Of a stretch of DNA of 64,000 bases, positions 28,664 through 39,345 are shown piece by piece; position 1 is the stretch's first letter, and each line of letters opens with the position of its first letter. The stretch lies in contig CAVWBU010000016.1 in NCBI GenBank assembly GCA_963753345.1, positions 96,001 to 160,000 of the forward strand, given 5' to 3'. This DNA is from an uncultured Fibrobacterota bacterium (GTDB lineage: Bacteria; Fibrobacterota; Chitinivibrionia; Chitinivibrionales; FEN-1185). Both the position numbers and the translations under genes were made by a program. Below the pieces are notes generated by a model. It had not been told where the DNA came from. It did not search any database and saw only the letters and a program-made list of their open reading frames with translations.

Positions 28664-31042
28664 ATGAAAATCACACCCGTATTGTCAAGACATGTGCGAT
28701 CCGCGGTTCTCTCTCTTGCGGTGTTCGGATACCTGTGCCCGTTGCTCGCGCAGGGTCTGTCGGGCGAGTACCTCGTAACCCAGCGGTGGCGGGACATGTT
28801 CTCGCGGTATTCGCCGCTCACCAACCCGGCATTGTTGACGGAAGATAATTACATCGACGTGCGGGCGTGCGGCGCATTTCCGCTGCAGGGAGCCTATCAG
28901 CTCGGCGAGGTGGGCGTCACCATCCCGAGAGGTCTGTACGAATCGTGGGGCGTCACGGTGGCTGCCCTGGGATCGGGCGGCGTGCAGCAGACCCAGGCCG
29001 TGGGAAACGAGATCCAGGTGGTGGACAGCGCCCTGCTCTACGACGAAAAATTCCTTGTCATGGGCACCTATGCAAACAACATCTGGGGCGGCCTGAGCAT
29101 CGGAGCGAACCTCGGATTCACCATGAGCACCAATTACGGCTCTCCGTATTACAATCTCAGCGGCGACGTGGGGCTCACCTATAGGCTCCTCAGGAGCCCC
29201 GTCTTCGGCGATCACGTGGTCGGACTCGCCCTGCAGAATATTCTGGAACCCATTCTCGACAACCTGAAAGATTCGGCGCTGAGCGAACCGAGCTACACCA
29301 ACAACCTCAAGCTGACGTGGCTCGGCTATTTTCTGGAGAAGCAGATCGACGCCGGCCTTGACATAAGCGTAAAGAACATCTACAGCACCCTGGCGCACGC
29401 GAGCCAGGTCCTCCACACCGACAGCGGCGACGTGATCGGCAAGAACAGTCTGGAATACGACTACAATTTCCGGGTGGGAGGATGGATCCTGCGCATCCTC
29501 AACATCTACTTCCTCATGGGAAATATCCGCCAGCCCAACGAATACTACGGGTTTGCCGCGGGTGTCAATGTGCCCCACCTCAACCAGGGACGCGATCTCC
29601 AGTTTCTGTTCCAGTACATCGGCATGCCGTACACCGAAGACGTCTCCACCTATTCCTTCTATCTGCGCGGCGAAGTCGGCATGCACCGCGAGGAAGTGTA
29701 TGCCCGCAAAATGGCGCGCGTTCTCGACCTGGCCCCCAACGAGCTTTACAACCGCGCCTGCAAGCTGTACTTCGAGGCGAAATACTGGGACGCCTTCTTC
29801 CTTTTCAGCCAGATTCTTGTCCAGTTTCCCACGTTCTTCAAGAACGACTGGGTGCAGTACTATCGCGGGGCCTGTCTGGAAAAACTTGACATGAGAGACC
29901 AATCGAGCCAGAACTATCAGGCGACCAAGAAGGACTACCCGAAAAGCTCGGTGGTCCCCTATGCCGATCTGGGGCTCATGCGTCTCGCCTACCGAGACGA
30001 GAATTCGGCCGTGGTGGGAAGCCAATTCCAGTTGCTCAGCGCGCCGGGCGTGCCCGACTCGCTCAAGTTCCACGCTTACTACCTCATGGCCGAGCAGAAC
30101 ATGAGAGACAAGAACTATCCGCAGGCGATCCAGATGTTTTCGCTCATTCCGGACAACCACCCGGAATATCCGTTCGCGCAGCACTCGCTCGCCATCGCCT
30201 ATGTGCTCACCTACAACATGGAAGAGGCGCTCAACGCGCTCGGCAACTGCATCGAGGCCAAGGTGCAGACCAACGAGCAGCGCGAAATCGTGAACAGGTC
30301 CTACGTGTTCCTCGGTTACATGTTCTACGAGCAGCTGGCGCTGTCCAAGGCGGTCACCGCGCTCCGGTCGGTTTCAAACATGAGCTATTACTACGAGGAC
30401 GCGCTGCTCGGCATGGCCTGGACCGCGCTTCGCGCGCGCCAGTGGGCCGACTGCATCTCGTACGGCCAGGCACTGCAGAAGACAAGCGCGAAGCCCACGC
30501 TCCAGTGCGAAGGCGCGCTCCTGGAGGCATACGCCCACCTCATGCAGAAGGACTACGGCCAGGCGCTCTCGGTGCTCACCGCGGCCTCGGCAAAAGCCAA
30601 GGCGCTCAGGTCGATGACGGTGGACACGCTCGAAGCAGAGCAGGTGAAATACCGGGTGAACAGGAAGACCTACGAGGTGCTCGCCTTCGACGTGAACAAG
30701 ATTTCGCTGGAGCTGCCCTCGTCCACCGTACTGCACGAGGTCGACAGCCTGCACAAGGTGCAGGGAGACGGCAAGGGCAAAATCGACAAGTACATGATCT
30801 TTGCAAACGAGTATTACCGGTCTTCGTTCTTCGCCCGGAACCTCGATGTTGTCAAGAGCGACATCGAATACGCGCTCGCGATCGTGCAGAAGATTTCGCA
30901 GCAGTCGAACAAGGCCGAATCGGAGCAGAAGATGGAGCAGAAGCAGAAGGAGCTCGACAGCCAGATCAATAAGTTGAAAGAGCAAATGAAGAATCTGGAG
31001 CCGGGGAAACAGGAAAAGCCTGGGACGGAAGAGAAGAAGTAG
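28664..31042 (+). CDS. Exported protein: N-terminal PorV/PorP-like beta-barrel fused to TPR repeats and a C-terminal coiled coil
   Basis: Signal peptide; NPALL, LSIGANL, DVGLTY, VGLALQNI barrel-type motifs; multiple TPRs from about aa 355; Q/K/E-rich tail. Confidence 0.65.
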   Translation: MKITPVLSRHVRSAVLSLAVFGYLCPLLAQGLSGEYLVTQRWRDMFSRYSPLTNPALLTEDNYIDVRACGAFPLQGAYQLGEVGVTIPRGLYESWGVTVAALGSGGVQQTQAVGNEIQVVDSALLYDEKFLVMGTYANNIWGGLSIGANLGFTMSTNYGSPYYNLSGDVGLTYRLLRSPVFGDHVVGLALQNILEPILDNLKDSALSEPSYTNNLKLTWLGYFLEKQIDAGLDISVKNIYSTLAHASQVLHTDSGDVIGKNSLEYDYNFRVGGWILRILNIYFLMGNIRQPNEYYGFAAGVNVPHLNQGRDLQFLFQYIGMPYTEDVSTYSFYLRGEVGMHREEVYARKMARVLDLAPNELYNRACKLYFEAKYWDAFFLFSQILVQFPTFFKNDWVQYYRGACLEKLDMRDQSSQNYQATKKDYPKSSVVPYADLGLMRLAYRDENSAVVGSQFQLLSAPGVPDSLKFHAYYLMAEQNMRDKNYPQAIQMFSLIPDNHPEYPFAQHSLAIAYVLTYNMEEALNALGNCIEAKVQTNEQREIVNRSYVFLGYMFYEQLALSKAVTALRSVSNMSYYYEDALLGMAWTALRARQWADCISYGQALQKTSAKPTLQCEGALLEAYAHLMQKDYGQALSVLTAASAKAKALRSMTVDTLEAEQVKYRVNRKTYEVLAFDVNKISLELPSSTVLHEVDSLHKVQGDGKGKIDKYMIFANEYYRSSFFARNLDVVKSDIEYALAIVQKISQQSNKAESEQKMEQKQKELDSQINKLKEQMKNLEPGKQEKPGTEEKK

Positions 31043-31052
31043 TTCTTTTAAA

Positions 31053-31301
31053 TCAAGACATAGAGTTGGGCGTTTCCCTCCCCCTCGACAAGCTCGGGGT
31101 CGGGCCGGTCCACCCCTTCGGGTGCTTCCAAGGGTCGTCCCTGCGGGCTCGGCTGTTCGCCTCGTTGCCGCCTGTCCTTAGTCGCCTTCGGCGAAGGATC
31201 AGGGCGGCAATTCGCTTTGGCTCACCCTCCGGTCCACCTAACGCGCGGCAGAAGAAATCCTTCCAGTCAAATTTATCTCTCGCGCCAATTCGAATCCTCA
31301 G
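31053..31301 (-). repeat. Structured dispersed repeat, copy B, with an embedded REP-like CCCCTCGACAAGCTCGGGG palindrome
   Basis: Reverse complement aligns in blocks with 17532-17759. Lies between convergent genes. Confidence 0.75.
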
Positions 31302-31327
31302 GAAGAAATCCGCGGCATAATCATTAA

Positions 31328-31417
31328 ACCTCACTCCTTCTCCTAGCGGAGACAGCGAAGCTGAGGCGAGTAGGACCGCATGATGAGCCGCGAGCCAACG
31401 GGACGGGGGATGAGGTC
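31328..31417. repeat. Possible second REP-like palindromic element
   Basis: Imperfect terminal inverted repeat ACCTCACTCC ... GGGATGAGGT enclosing small hairpins (CAGCGAAGCTG). Confidence 0.35.
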
Positions 31418-31453
31418 AAACAATCACAAGATAAATGGCGGCTGTCGGAACTG

Positions 31454-33511
31454 TTACTTCACAATAGCAACCTTCGAAGCTTCAAATTCCTTCCCCGCCT
31501 CAAGTACGCAGCAATATATTCCCAGCTTGACTTTCCTTCCGTTTTTTAATGAAATCTCCGCTTCGTAAACTCCCGCACTTTTGTATCCGTCAACAATCCG
31601 CGCCGCCATCCTTCCGCGGGCATCATACAGTGAAACCGTAATGCGGGACGGAAGCGGAACGCGGTATTGTATGATCAGGCATGACGCGTCGGACCGTGCG
31701 GAAATGGAATATCCCGCTGGAACAAGAGTCTTCCCTGCTCCCCTTAAAACAACTCCCGCTCCCGGCGGATCAAACCCGTTGACAAACCGGTATCCCGCCG
31801 GTATCCTGCTCAGGTTCGCGTTGTTGAACGCGCCGGGCGGCGACGCCGGATCAAAGGGCGGCCAGGCAAGGGTGCCGAAGAACCAGGGCTTGGACGTCCG
31901 GTAATAACTTGACGGTATCGAATGGTCGGTTATCGTGGAGTCCCACAGAATGCTCTTTGTCAAATAGTCGTAGTTGCCGTGCCGGATCATGGTGTTCTTT
32001 ACATTAAGGTCGAGTTCCTGCAGCGTGTTCCCGCCGGTGCCGTGGCTGTCGCCGCCGGGCTGGTTTGCCGACTGTTTGGTGTAATCCGGCGGCGTCGTGG
32101 GCCCCCACGTCAGGGAAAAACCGTTGTTCCCCATGTTGGGGAATCCCAGTTTGTAAATGACCTGCGACGTATAATTGAACGATTGCACCGGCTGAAACAG
32201 CCCGCTCGCGCTGAATGCACTCGTTCCGAGAATATTTCCCACCAGGTTGAAGTAGTTGTTCCACCTGCCCACGTTGACCGCCATGAGGTTCGTCGTTGCA
32301 GTGGGGTGCGTGGCCGTAAACCAGTTGCGGCAGACCGTGATGTGGCTCGTTGACCCGAAATACCCGTCGCTCCCCACGCCGCCCGCAATGTTTCCCTCAA
32401 CAAGGTTCATCATGTTGTGCGGGCCGTGGCTCACGCTCAGATCCATGCCCGCCATGGTGCTGTCGCCGGTGTTTGCATCGTAGACGAAATTGTAGGCGAT
32501 CGCGTTTCCCGCGCACCCGCCCTTGGAGTCGCCCAGAATAATTCCGGGAAACCCGCCGTTGTAGGCTATGTTGTCTTCGATGAGGTTGAAGGAACAGTCC
32601 TGGTAGAGATCGATGCCCTCGTGATTGGGCCCGCCCCCCACCACGGCGTGCGTGTAATTGTGGCGAATTTCGCCGCCGACAAAACAGACAAGAAACATCT
32701 GCCGTCCTGTCGAATTCTTGATCTCGACGTTCTGTATCCAGCACCCCCACGACTGGTCGAACTCGATGCCCGCCCACGACACCTTGTTGCAATCCACGGT
32801 CAGGTCTTCCACGCCGGTGTTGCACAGCGGCGGTATCGAGTACTGCACGAGCACGGGCGACGCGGTGAAACTGAAGGGCAACGGCGGCGAGACCGTTACC
32901 GTGGTCGCGGTCTTGGCAGTCACCCTGAATACGGCCGACATGAGCCTGTTGTTCGTGGTGGGTGCGGTGGCGGCAATAACGTAGCTGAGGTCGTTCTGTT
33001 CCACTCTGACAAGATTGCCCACCTTGATTGCCGAAGTGTTCCCCACCGTCACCACCGAACTTCCTTCGGTGGCGCCGGCCGTGATCGCCAGGCCCGAGTC
33101 CGGCCGCGGCCAGTCTGCAGTGCCGAGCAGCAGGACCTGATTGTTCGAATCGGCCATGAGCACCGTTTTTCCCATGCCCGCGCCGCGTATCGTTATGTTC
33201 GCCGCATAGGCGCGGTACACGCGGCTGTCAAGCAGGTAGGTGCCCGACGGAATGTACACAACCTGTCCGGCCGGGCATGCGTCTATGGCAGCCCCGATCG
33301 CGGTTGATGCGTCCACTGTTCCCGTCCCGTACGCAGCCGAATCCACGGTTGCGCCGATTGCCGTGCGGTGCGGAATCCCGCCTGCAACGCCGGTGACTAC
33401 GCCGGGTGTCCAATCACACGTTCGGTCCGGCGGGATAATCTGGGAAGAAACCGGGCCCGCCATCAGGACCGTAAATAAAAAACCAGTGAGAACCTTCTCG
33501 AACAAGCGCAT
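31454..33511 (-). CDS. Secreted pectate-lyase-3/beta-helix polysaccharide-active protein with C-terminal sorting domain
   Basis: Signal peptide; DASTAI.AAIDACPAGQVVYIPSGTY, ITIRGAGMGKTVL; repeated N-L-(I/V)-E-(D/G)-N coils; C-terminal LYDARGR...GIY. Paralog of 58479-60648. Confidence 0.75.
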   Translation of the reverse strand: MRLFEKVLTGFLFTVLMAGPVSSQIIPPDRTCDWTPGVVTGVAGGIPHRTAIGATVDSAAYGTGTVDASTAIGAAIDACPAGQVVYIPSGTYLLDSRVYRAYAANITIRGAGMGKTVLMADSNNQVLLLGTADWPRPDSGLAITAGATEGSSVVTVGNTSAIKVGNLVRVEQNDLSYVIAATAPTTNNRLMSAVFRVTAKTATTVTVSPPLPFSFTASPVLVQYSIPPLCNTGVEDLTVDCNKVSWAGIEFDQSWGCWIQNVEIKNSTGRQMFLVCFVGGEIRHNYTHAVVGGGPNHEGIDLYQDCSFNLIEDNIAYNGGFPGIILGDSKGGCAGNAIAYNFVYDANTGDSTMAGMDLSVSHGPHNMMNLVEGNIAGGVGSDGYFGSTSHITVCRNWFTATHPTATTNLMAVNVGRWNNYFNLVGNILGTSAFSASGLFQPVQSFNYTSQVIYKLGFPNMGNNGFSLTWGPTTPPDYTKQSANQPGGDSHGTGGNTLQELDLNVKNTMIRHGNYDYLTKSILWDSTITDHSIPSSYYRTSKPWFFGTLAWPPFDPASPPGAFNNANLSRIPAGYRFVNGFDPPGAGVVLRGAGKTLVPAGYSISARSDASCLIIQYRVPLPSRITVSLYDARGRMAARIVDGYKSAGVYEAEISLKNGRKVKLGIYCCVLEAGKEFEASKVAIVK

Positions 33512-33594
33512 GGGTGCCTCCGTGATTGTTTCAACCGTGCCCCATCCCCTGCCCTTTTCCCTGGAGCAAAGAAGGGTGTGTCGTTTCACTTCAC

Positions 33595-33632
33595 ACTATA
33601 CCGTTAACGGCGATTTTTGTCAATGTTGACAA
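33595..33632 (-). promoter_or_regulatory. Sigma70 promoter with overlapping palindromic operator
   Basis: Minus strand TTGACA (33623-33618), 17 bp, TATAGT (33600-33595). Inverted repeat TTGTCAA-TG-TTGACAA (33617-33632) covers the -35. Confidence 0.6.
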
Positions 33633-33689
33633 TGCGGATGCGCAACCTGGGGGGAGGTCTGACGGGATGGAACGGGCGCGGTTCAGCGG

Positions 33690-34358
33690 TCAGCTTCTGA
33701 ATCGTCCCGCTCCATGACGGATGATGGAGCCTTCGATCATGTAAATCACATCCTCGGCGATATTGGTGGCGTGGTCGGCGATGCGCTCGAGGTGGCGTGA
33801 AATGGTGAGCATCTGGAGGAGATTGTCCACGCTGTCGGGCGACTGCAGGATGCCGCTCTTGACTTTTTCGAACATGTCCTTGTAGAGCGCGTCGACCTCG
33901 TCGTCCGACGCGCACACCTCCAGCGCGAGCCTGGGGTCGAGGTTGACAAGCGCGTCGAGGCATTTCTTGAGCATGAGCCTCGCCTTTTCCATCATGTCGG
34001 GGAAATTCGAGGTAAAGGCGAAGTCGGGCCGCTCGGCGAGCACGAGCGACCGCTCCGCGATGTTCACGGTGAGGTCGCCGATGCGCTCGAGGTCGCTGTT
34101 GATCTTGAGCACCGCGACGATGAAGCGAAGATCGGTGGCGACCGGCTGGTGAAGCGCGAGCACCTTGAGGCACTCCTCTTCGACCTCTATTTCCATTATG
34201 TCAACAGCCTTGTCCATGTCGATCACCTTTCCGGCCAGTTCGGCGTCCCGTTTCTCAACCGCGCGCACCGCGCGCTCCACGTTCTCCTCGACCATTGCGG
34301 ACAGCCGGAGGATTTTCTTCTTGAGGTTGTCGATTTCTTTCTGTAAATGTACCGCCAT
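33690..34358 (-). CDS. phoU: Phosphate signalling protein PhoU (copy 1)
   Basis: LALHQPVATDLR, DLERIGD..VNIA, DDEVD, RHLERIADHATNIAE. Confidence 0.95.
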   Translation of the reverse strand: MAVHLQKEIDNLKKKILRLSAMVEENVERAVRAVEKRDAELAGKVIDMDKAVDIMEIEVEEECLKVLALHQPVATDLRFIVAVLKINSDLERIGDLTVNIAERSLVLAERPDFAFTSNFPDMMEKARLMLKKCLDALVNLDPRLALEVCASDDEVDALYKDMFEKVKSGILQSPDSVDNLLQMLTISRHLERIADHATNIAEDVIYMIEGSIIRHGAGRFRS

Positions 34359-34372
34359 ACATGGTTCTCCTG

Positions 34373-36190
34373 TTAGGTCGTCGGCTTTGCAAGCGGCAGT
34401 GCGACGGTAAACGTGCTCCCTTTTCCAACAGCGCTTTCCACGCTCACCCGCCCCTTGTGGGCCAAAACGATATGTTTGACAATAGAGAGTCCGAGGCCGG
34501 TCCCTCCCAGCTTCCTGCTCCGCGCTTTATCGACCCGGTAGAATCGCTCAAAAATCCGTTCAATGTGCTCCTGGGGAATCCCGATGCCCTCGTCGCGCAC
34601 CGAAATAACAGCCTCACCGCCCGAGACTTCACCCTTGATCCACACGGTCTTTTTCTCGTCGCTGTAATTGATCGCGTTGTCGATAAGGTTCACCACCGCC
34701 TGTTCGAGAAGCGACTTTTCCATAAGCGCCGTTATTGTCTTGTCGCATGAGACTTCGAGCGTGATGTTCTTGAGCGACGCCTTGTGGCGGCAGGTGTCGG
34801 CGGCGGTCAAAACGACCTCGGAGAGCGCCCCCGGGGAAAGATCTATGGCCTGGCGTTCGGCATCCCGCTCGATGCGCGACAGCGACAGCAGGTCTTCAAC
34901 GATCGAATTGATGCGGTCCACCTGGCCGGAAATGATGGAAAGAAACCGCTCCGCTTCCGCGCGGTTGTCAAGGGCCCCGGACTGCAGCGTTTCCACGTAC
35001 CCCTTGATCGACGTGAGCGGCGTGCGGAGCTCGTGTGACACATTGGCGACAAAATCCTTGCGGACGTTCTCAAGCCGCTTTATCGTTGTGATGTCGTTGA
35101 CCACCATGAGCGCCCCTATGGTCCTTCCCTCACCGTCGCGAAGCGCGCTGCCGTGCAGTTGAAGAAACAGCTCCAGGTCCTTTTGAGCGCCATTGCCGCG
35201 GCTGTTGCCGCGCACCGGCAGAAGCAGCTCGCATTCGGCCGGGCCTTCGGCCTTGAGCGTGGCGATCAGGAAATCCTGCACTTCGATGTTCCGGAGCGCC
35301 TCGCCGATCCACTTTCCCTTGCTGTGCTCGCGATCTATGGAAAACAGCTCGGCTGCCGCGCTGTTGATGGTGATGATCCGTTCCTCTGCGTCAATCGCCA
35401 CCACGCCTTCGATCATGCTCGACAGCACGGCGTCAAGCTCGTTCTTCTGACGCGTGATGGTAGCGAGCCGGTCGCTCAGCTGCCGCGCCATTTCGTTGAG
35501 CCCGGCTGCAAGGTCTGCGGCCTCTTCGTAACCGGATACGGGAAGCTTTGTACCGAAATCGCCGCCTGCAAAACGCTGCGCGCCCCGTTTCATGGCCGTA
35601 ATAGGCGCGCTGATGTTTCTTGACACAAGGTAACTCACCAGCGCCGCAAACAGCGCCATGACCAGCACCGCGACAGCGATCCGGCCGTAAAGCGCGCCCA
35701 TCGCGTTTTTGATGACCGCGACCGGGAACGCAGTGCGGACCACCTGCGCCACCGCGCCGCGGTAATACACGGGCACCGCAACGTACATGAGTTCCTGCTC
35801 GAGCGTGTAACTGTAGCGGTCCGAAACGCCAGTGGCGCCTCCAAGCGCGGCCACGATTTCCCGGCGATTCGCGTGGTTTTCCATGGAATCCGGGTTTTTC
35901 TCCGAATCGCCCAGCACTTTTCCATTCGGCGCGATAATGGTGAACCGCGTATGGACTTTTTTTGCGAGCGCCTTGCACAGGGAATCGGTGTTAGCCGGGG
36001 ATAAGGAGACGAGATGCTGCTCCATCTGGCTTGCAATGAGCCAGGCGCGGGCCTTGAGATCTTCAACGACCTGCTGGGTGTAGAATTTCGAATAGGAATC
36101 CGATGCATACCACGTGATGAGCGCCGCCGGAATGCCCATGATCAGCAGGTAGGTAAAAAAGAGGAGCCATACAAGTTTTCTCGGCCACAT
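34373..36190 (-). CDS. phoR: Phosphate regulon sensor histidine kinase (TM-HAMP-PAS-HisKA-HATPase)
   Basis: MENHANR.E, RKDFVANVSHELRTPLTSIKG, RIFERFYRVDKARSR..GGTGLGL. Confidence 0.9.
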   Translation of the reverse strand: MWPRKLVWLLFFTYLLIMGIPAALITWYASDSYSKFYTQQVVEDLKARAWLIASQMEQHLVSLSPANTDSLCKALAKKVHTRFTIIAPNGKVLGDSEKNPDSMENHANRREIVAALGGATGVSDRYSYTLEQELMYVAVPVYYRGAVAQVVRTAFPVAVIKNAMGALYGRIAVAVLVMALFAALVSYLVSRNISAPITAMKRGAQRFAGGDFGTKLPVSGYEEAADLAAGLNEMARQLSDRLATITRQKNELDAVLSSMIEGVVAIDAEERIITINSAAAELFSIDREHSKGKWIGEALRNIEVQDFLIATLKAEGPAECELLLPVRGNSRGNGAQKDLELFLQLHGSALRDGEGRTIGALMVVNDITTIKRLENVRKDFVANVSHELRTPLTSIKGYVETLQSGALDNRAEAERFLSIISGQVDRINSIVEDLLSLSRIERDAERQAIDLSPGALSEVVLTAADTCRHKASLKNITLEVSCDKTITALMEKSLLEQAVVNLIDNAINYSDEKKTVWIKGEVSGGEAVISVRDEGIGIPQEHIERIFERFYRVDKARSRKLGGTGLGLSIVKHIVLAHKGRVSVESAVGKGSTFTVALPLAKPTT

Positions 36191-36195
36191 GGCGG

Positions 36196-36888
36196 TTACG
36201 CTTCCTCCTTGAACCGGTACCCCACGCCGCGCACGGTCTCGATATAGTCACCCGCCTCGCCGAGCTTCCTGCGCAAACCGACAATGAGAACGTCGACCGA
36301 ACGGTCGGTGACCGGGTAATTGTCGCCGCGCACGCCCTCCACAATCTGATACCGCGAAAACACCCACCCCGGCCTGCCTGCAAGAAAATGCAGAACGCGG
36401 AATTCCATGTTGGTGAGTTCCACGGCCTTTCCGGCGATAAGCACCTCGCGCCGGCCCGGATGTATGGTGATGTTATGAATTGTCAAGGGCAATGAATCGT
36501 CCACGGTCTCGGCGCGCTTTCGCCGCAGCACCGTCTTGATGCGTGCGACAAGGATCTTGGGCGAAAACGGTTTTACAATGTAGTCATCGGCGCCGAGTTC
36601 GAGCCCGGACACGATGTCCGATTCCTCGCCTTTTGCCGTGAGCATCACCACCGGAATTGTCTGCGTCTTCTCACCCTTCTTGAGCGCCCTGCATACGTCA
36701 AGGCCGTCCATGCCCGGCAGCATAAGGTCGAGCAGGACAAGGTCCAGCTTCTCGGCGCGCGCTTTCTTAAGCGCATCCTCGCCCGACAGCGCGGCTATGG
36801 TCTTGAACCCTTCCTTGTTCAGGTTGTAGGCGATAAGCTCCTGGATTTCCTCTTCGTCTTCGACAACGAGGATTCGTTCACGCGCCAT
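36196..36888 (-). CDS. phoB: Phosphate regulon response regulator PhoB/PhoP
   Basis: ILVVEDE, LLDLMLPG, MLTAKGEE, GADDYIVKPF, RSVDV.I..LRRKL, IETVRGVGYRF; sits between phoU and phoR. Confidence 0.9.
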   Translation of the reverse strand: MARERILVVEDEEEIQELIAYNLNKEGFKTIAALSGEDALKKARAEKLDLVLLDLMLPGMDGLDVCRALKKGEKTQTIPVVMLTAKGEESDIVSGLELGADDYIVKPFSPKILVARIKTVLRRKRAETVDDSLPLTIHNITIHPGRREVLIAGKAVELTNMEFRVLHFLAGRPGWVFSRYQIVEGVRGDNYPVTDRSVDVLIVGLRRKLGEAGDYIETVRGVGYRFKEEA

Positions 36889-37015
36889 AGCAACTCCGTT
36901 TTCTCGCGGTTCGGCCGCCCGAAGTTTTGCGGAAAAAGCTCGGGAACAAACGCTTCCCTGTATCATAATATAATGCACGGGCCCGCACGGCGCCCCCGCC
37001 GTCCCTGCCTGCCCC

Positions 37016-37696
37016 TCAGTTGGAAAACGGCGGCACGGTTGTGTCGGTGTGGTGCTTCACCATCCGGGCCTGATCGTGGAAGATTTCTTCCTCTGCGATA
37101 TTCGTGGAAAGGTCGGCAATCCGCTCGAGGTTCTTGCTCACGCGGATGTATTCGATGGCAGGCTCGATGAGCCCCGGGTTGGCCTTGGCGATGTCGATGG
37201 ATTTGAGGATAATGGACTTGTTCATCCTGTCGATTTCATCGTCCTTGAGAAGCTGGGCCCTTGCAAGTTCTGAATCCTTTGTGAAGAAACTCTGCAGCGA
37301 ATTGGCGAGCATGGTGGTCACGGTTTCGGCCATGCGGAAGAGCTCGGGAAGTTCCTCCATGGTCCCGACCGATGCGCACCGCTTCGCGGATTCCGCGATA
37401 TTTACCGCGTGGTCGCCGATGCGCTCGAGCCCGTTGTTGATTTTCTGTATCGCAAGCACCAGCCTGAGGTCCACCGCAACGGGCTGCTGGAGCGCGAAGA
37501 ACCTCACAATGTCGTTGTCGATGGTGATTTCAAAGGTGTTGATGGTGTTCTCATTGTCAAGCACCGATTGCGCCGCCGCGATGTCCTTGGCAAGGAACGC
37601 CTGAAGCGACGCCTTTACCGCCTTTTCCACAGCCTGGGCCATGGACTGCAGGGTGTCCATCACTTGCTGTAATTCTCTTTCAAAGTGTCGTTCCAC
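37016..37696 (-). CDS. phoU: Phosphate signalling protein PhoU (copy 2)
   Basis: QPVAVDLR, LERIGDHAVNIA, DDEID, KNLERIAD..TNIAEE. Confidence 0.93.
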   Translation of the reverse strand: MERHFERELQQVMDTLQSMAQAVEKAVKASLQAFLAKDIAAAQSVLDNENTINTFEITIDNDIVRFFALQQPVAVDLRLVLAIQKINNGLERIGDHAVNIAESAKRCASVGTMEELPELFRMAETVTTMLANSLQSFFTKDSELARAQLLKDDEIDRMNKSIILKSIDIAKANPGLIEPAIEYIRVSKNLERIADLSTNIAEEEIFHDQARMVKHHTDTTVPPFSN

Positions 37697-37720
37697 AGTG
37701 ATTCCTTTGTTTCGAAAATA

Positions 37721-38497
37721 TCAGCCAAACCGGCCTGTTATATAATCCTCTGTGCGCTTTATTTTTGGCGAGGTGAATATGGTGTTTGTCGTGTTGAATT
37801 CAACAAGTTCCCCCAGGTAAAGAAAAGCCGTGTAATCGCTCACGCGCGAGGCCTGCTGGAGGTTGTGGGTCACCATGATGACGCAGTAGTCCCGGCGCAA
37901 CTCTTCGATGAGCTCGTCGATCTGCCCCATGGAAATCGGATCGAGCGCCGATGCCGGTTCGTCAAGGAGCACGATCTCCGGCTTGATGGCGATGGTGCGC
38001 GCGATGCACAGCCGCTGCTGCTGGCCGCCCGAGAGGCTGAGGCCGCTCCGGTGGAGAATGTCCTTCACCTCGTTCCACAGCGCGGCCTTGCCCAGCACCT
38101 GCTCCACCAGTTCGTTCATTTCGTGGCGGGGCAGCCGCCGGTACAGGCGAACCGGAAACGCGATATTGTCGTAAATCGACATGGGAAAGGGCGTGGGCCG
38201 CTGGAACACCATGCCGATCTTGGCGCGAAGCGCCGACACCGTAACGCCTGGGCTTATGATGTTCTCCCCGTCGACCATCACCTTCCCTTCGGCGCGCTGG
38301 CCCGGGTAAAGGTCGTACATTCGGTTGAGCACCCGCAACAGCGTCGATTTTCCGCATCCGGAGGGGCCGATGAGCGCCGTGACGCTGCGGTCCGGAAAAT
38401 CCAGGGAAATGTCCTTGAGCGCCCGGACGTCGTTGTAAAAAAAGTTGAGCCGTTGCGCGGAAACCTTTATCTGCGTGGCTGCAGAGCCGTTGTTCAT
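37721..38497 (-). CDS. pstB: Phosphate ABC transporter ATPase
   Basis: [57 protein letters not shown]. Confidence 0.97.
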   Translation of the reverse strand: MNNGSAATQIKVSAQRLNFFYNDVRALKDISLDFPDRSVTALIGPSGCGKSTLLRVLNRMYDLYPGQRAEGKVMVDGENIISPGVTVSALRAKIGMVFQRPTPFPMSIYDNIAFPVRLYRRLPRHEMNELVEQVLGKAALWNEVKDILHRSGLSLSGGQQQRLCIARTIAIKPEIVLLDEPASALDPISMGQIDELIEELRRDYCVIMVTHNLQQASRVSDYTAFLYLGELVEFNTTNTIFTSPKIKRTEDYITGRFG

Positions 38498-39345
38498 GTC
38501 TTCCTCCGGACAAACAGGAAATACCGGGCGAAAATGCTGAGCGCGAGCACGGTCACGGTGATAAGCAGCGAGCCCACCCATGCGAGACGCTGCCAGTCCT
38601 GGTAGGGACTCATTGCAAACTGGAATATCACAATAGGCAGAGTTGAAATGGGCGTGTTCATGGAAAATGCGGTGAACTGATTGTTAAGCGACGTGAACAG
38701 CAATGGCGCAGTCTCCCCGCTGATGCGCGCCAGGGCGAGAATGATGCCCGTGACAATGCCCGGGCGCGCGGCCCGCCAACCGATGCTTACGATCATTTTC
38801 CAGTACGGGCAGCCCAGCGCGATGGTCGCCTCGCGGAGCGTATCGGGCACGAGCCGCAGCATGTCTTCGGTGGTGCGCACAATCACCGGCAGTGCAATAA
38901 AGCATAAGGAAAGCGCGCCGGCCCATCCGGAAAAATGACCCGCCGGAAGCACCACAATTCCGTAGACGAAGAGGCCGATGATGATGGACGGTGCGCTCAA
39001 AAGGATATCGTTGCAGAACCGCACAACCTGACCGAACCTGGAGGTTCGCCCGTATTCTGCCAGAAACGTTCCTGCCAGAACGCCGATCGGTATTGCAAAC
39101 AGGATCGCAAAAAACACGACGAGAAGGCTCCCCACGATCGCGTTGAAAAGTCCGCCGTTGCTTCCGGGCGCCGGGGTGCTCATGGTGAAAATCGCAGGCG
39201 AGAGTGAGCGCACGCCATCCGCCACGAGTTTCAGGAGAATCGCCGCAAGCACGCCGATCGAAACAATCACCGCCAGGTGAAACAACCCTATCATGAGTCG
39301 GTTGACAAGGCGGCGCCTGCTCAGAATGCCGGGATCCACTTTCAT
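38494..39345 (-). CDS. pstA: Phosphate ABC transporter permease
   Basis: [44 protein letters not shown]. Confidence 0.95.
   Translation of the reverse strand: MKVDPGILSRRRLVNRLMIGLFHLAVIVSIGVLAAILLKLVADGVRSLSPAIFTMSTPAPGSNGGLFNAIVGSLLVVFFAILFAIPIGVLAGTFLAEYGRTSRFGQVVRFCNDILLSAPSIIIGLFVYGIVVLPAGHFSGWAGALSLCFIALPVIVRTTEDMLRLVPDTLREATIALGCPYWKMIVSIGWRAARPGIVTGIILALARISGETAPLLFTSLNNQFTAFSMNTPISTLPIVIFQFAMSPYQDWQRLAWVGSLLITVTVLALSIFARYFLFVRRKT

Noticed and set aside
28685-30985. Long antisense ORFs (28685-30184, 30374-30985; likewise 27415-28374, 40471-41451, 41690-42922, 52137-53150, 56733-57683)
   Set aside because: They mirror well-supported genes on the opposite strand, as expected from high-GC codon bias.
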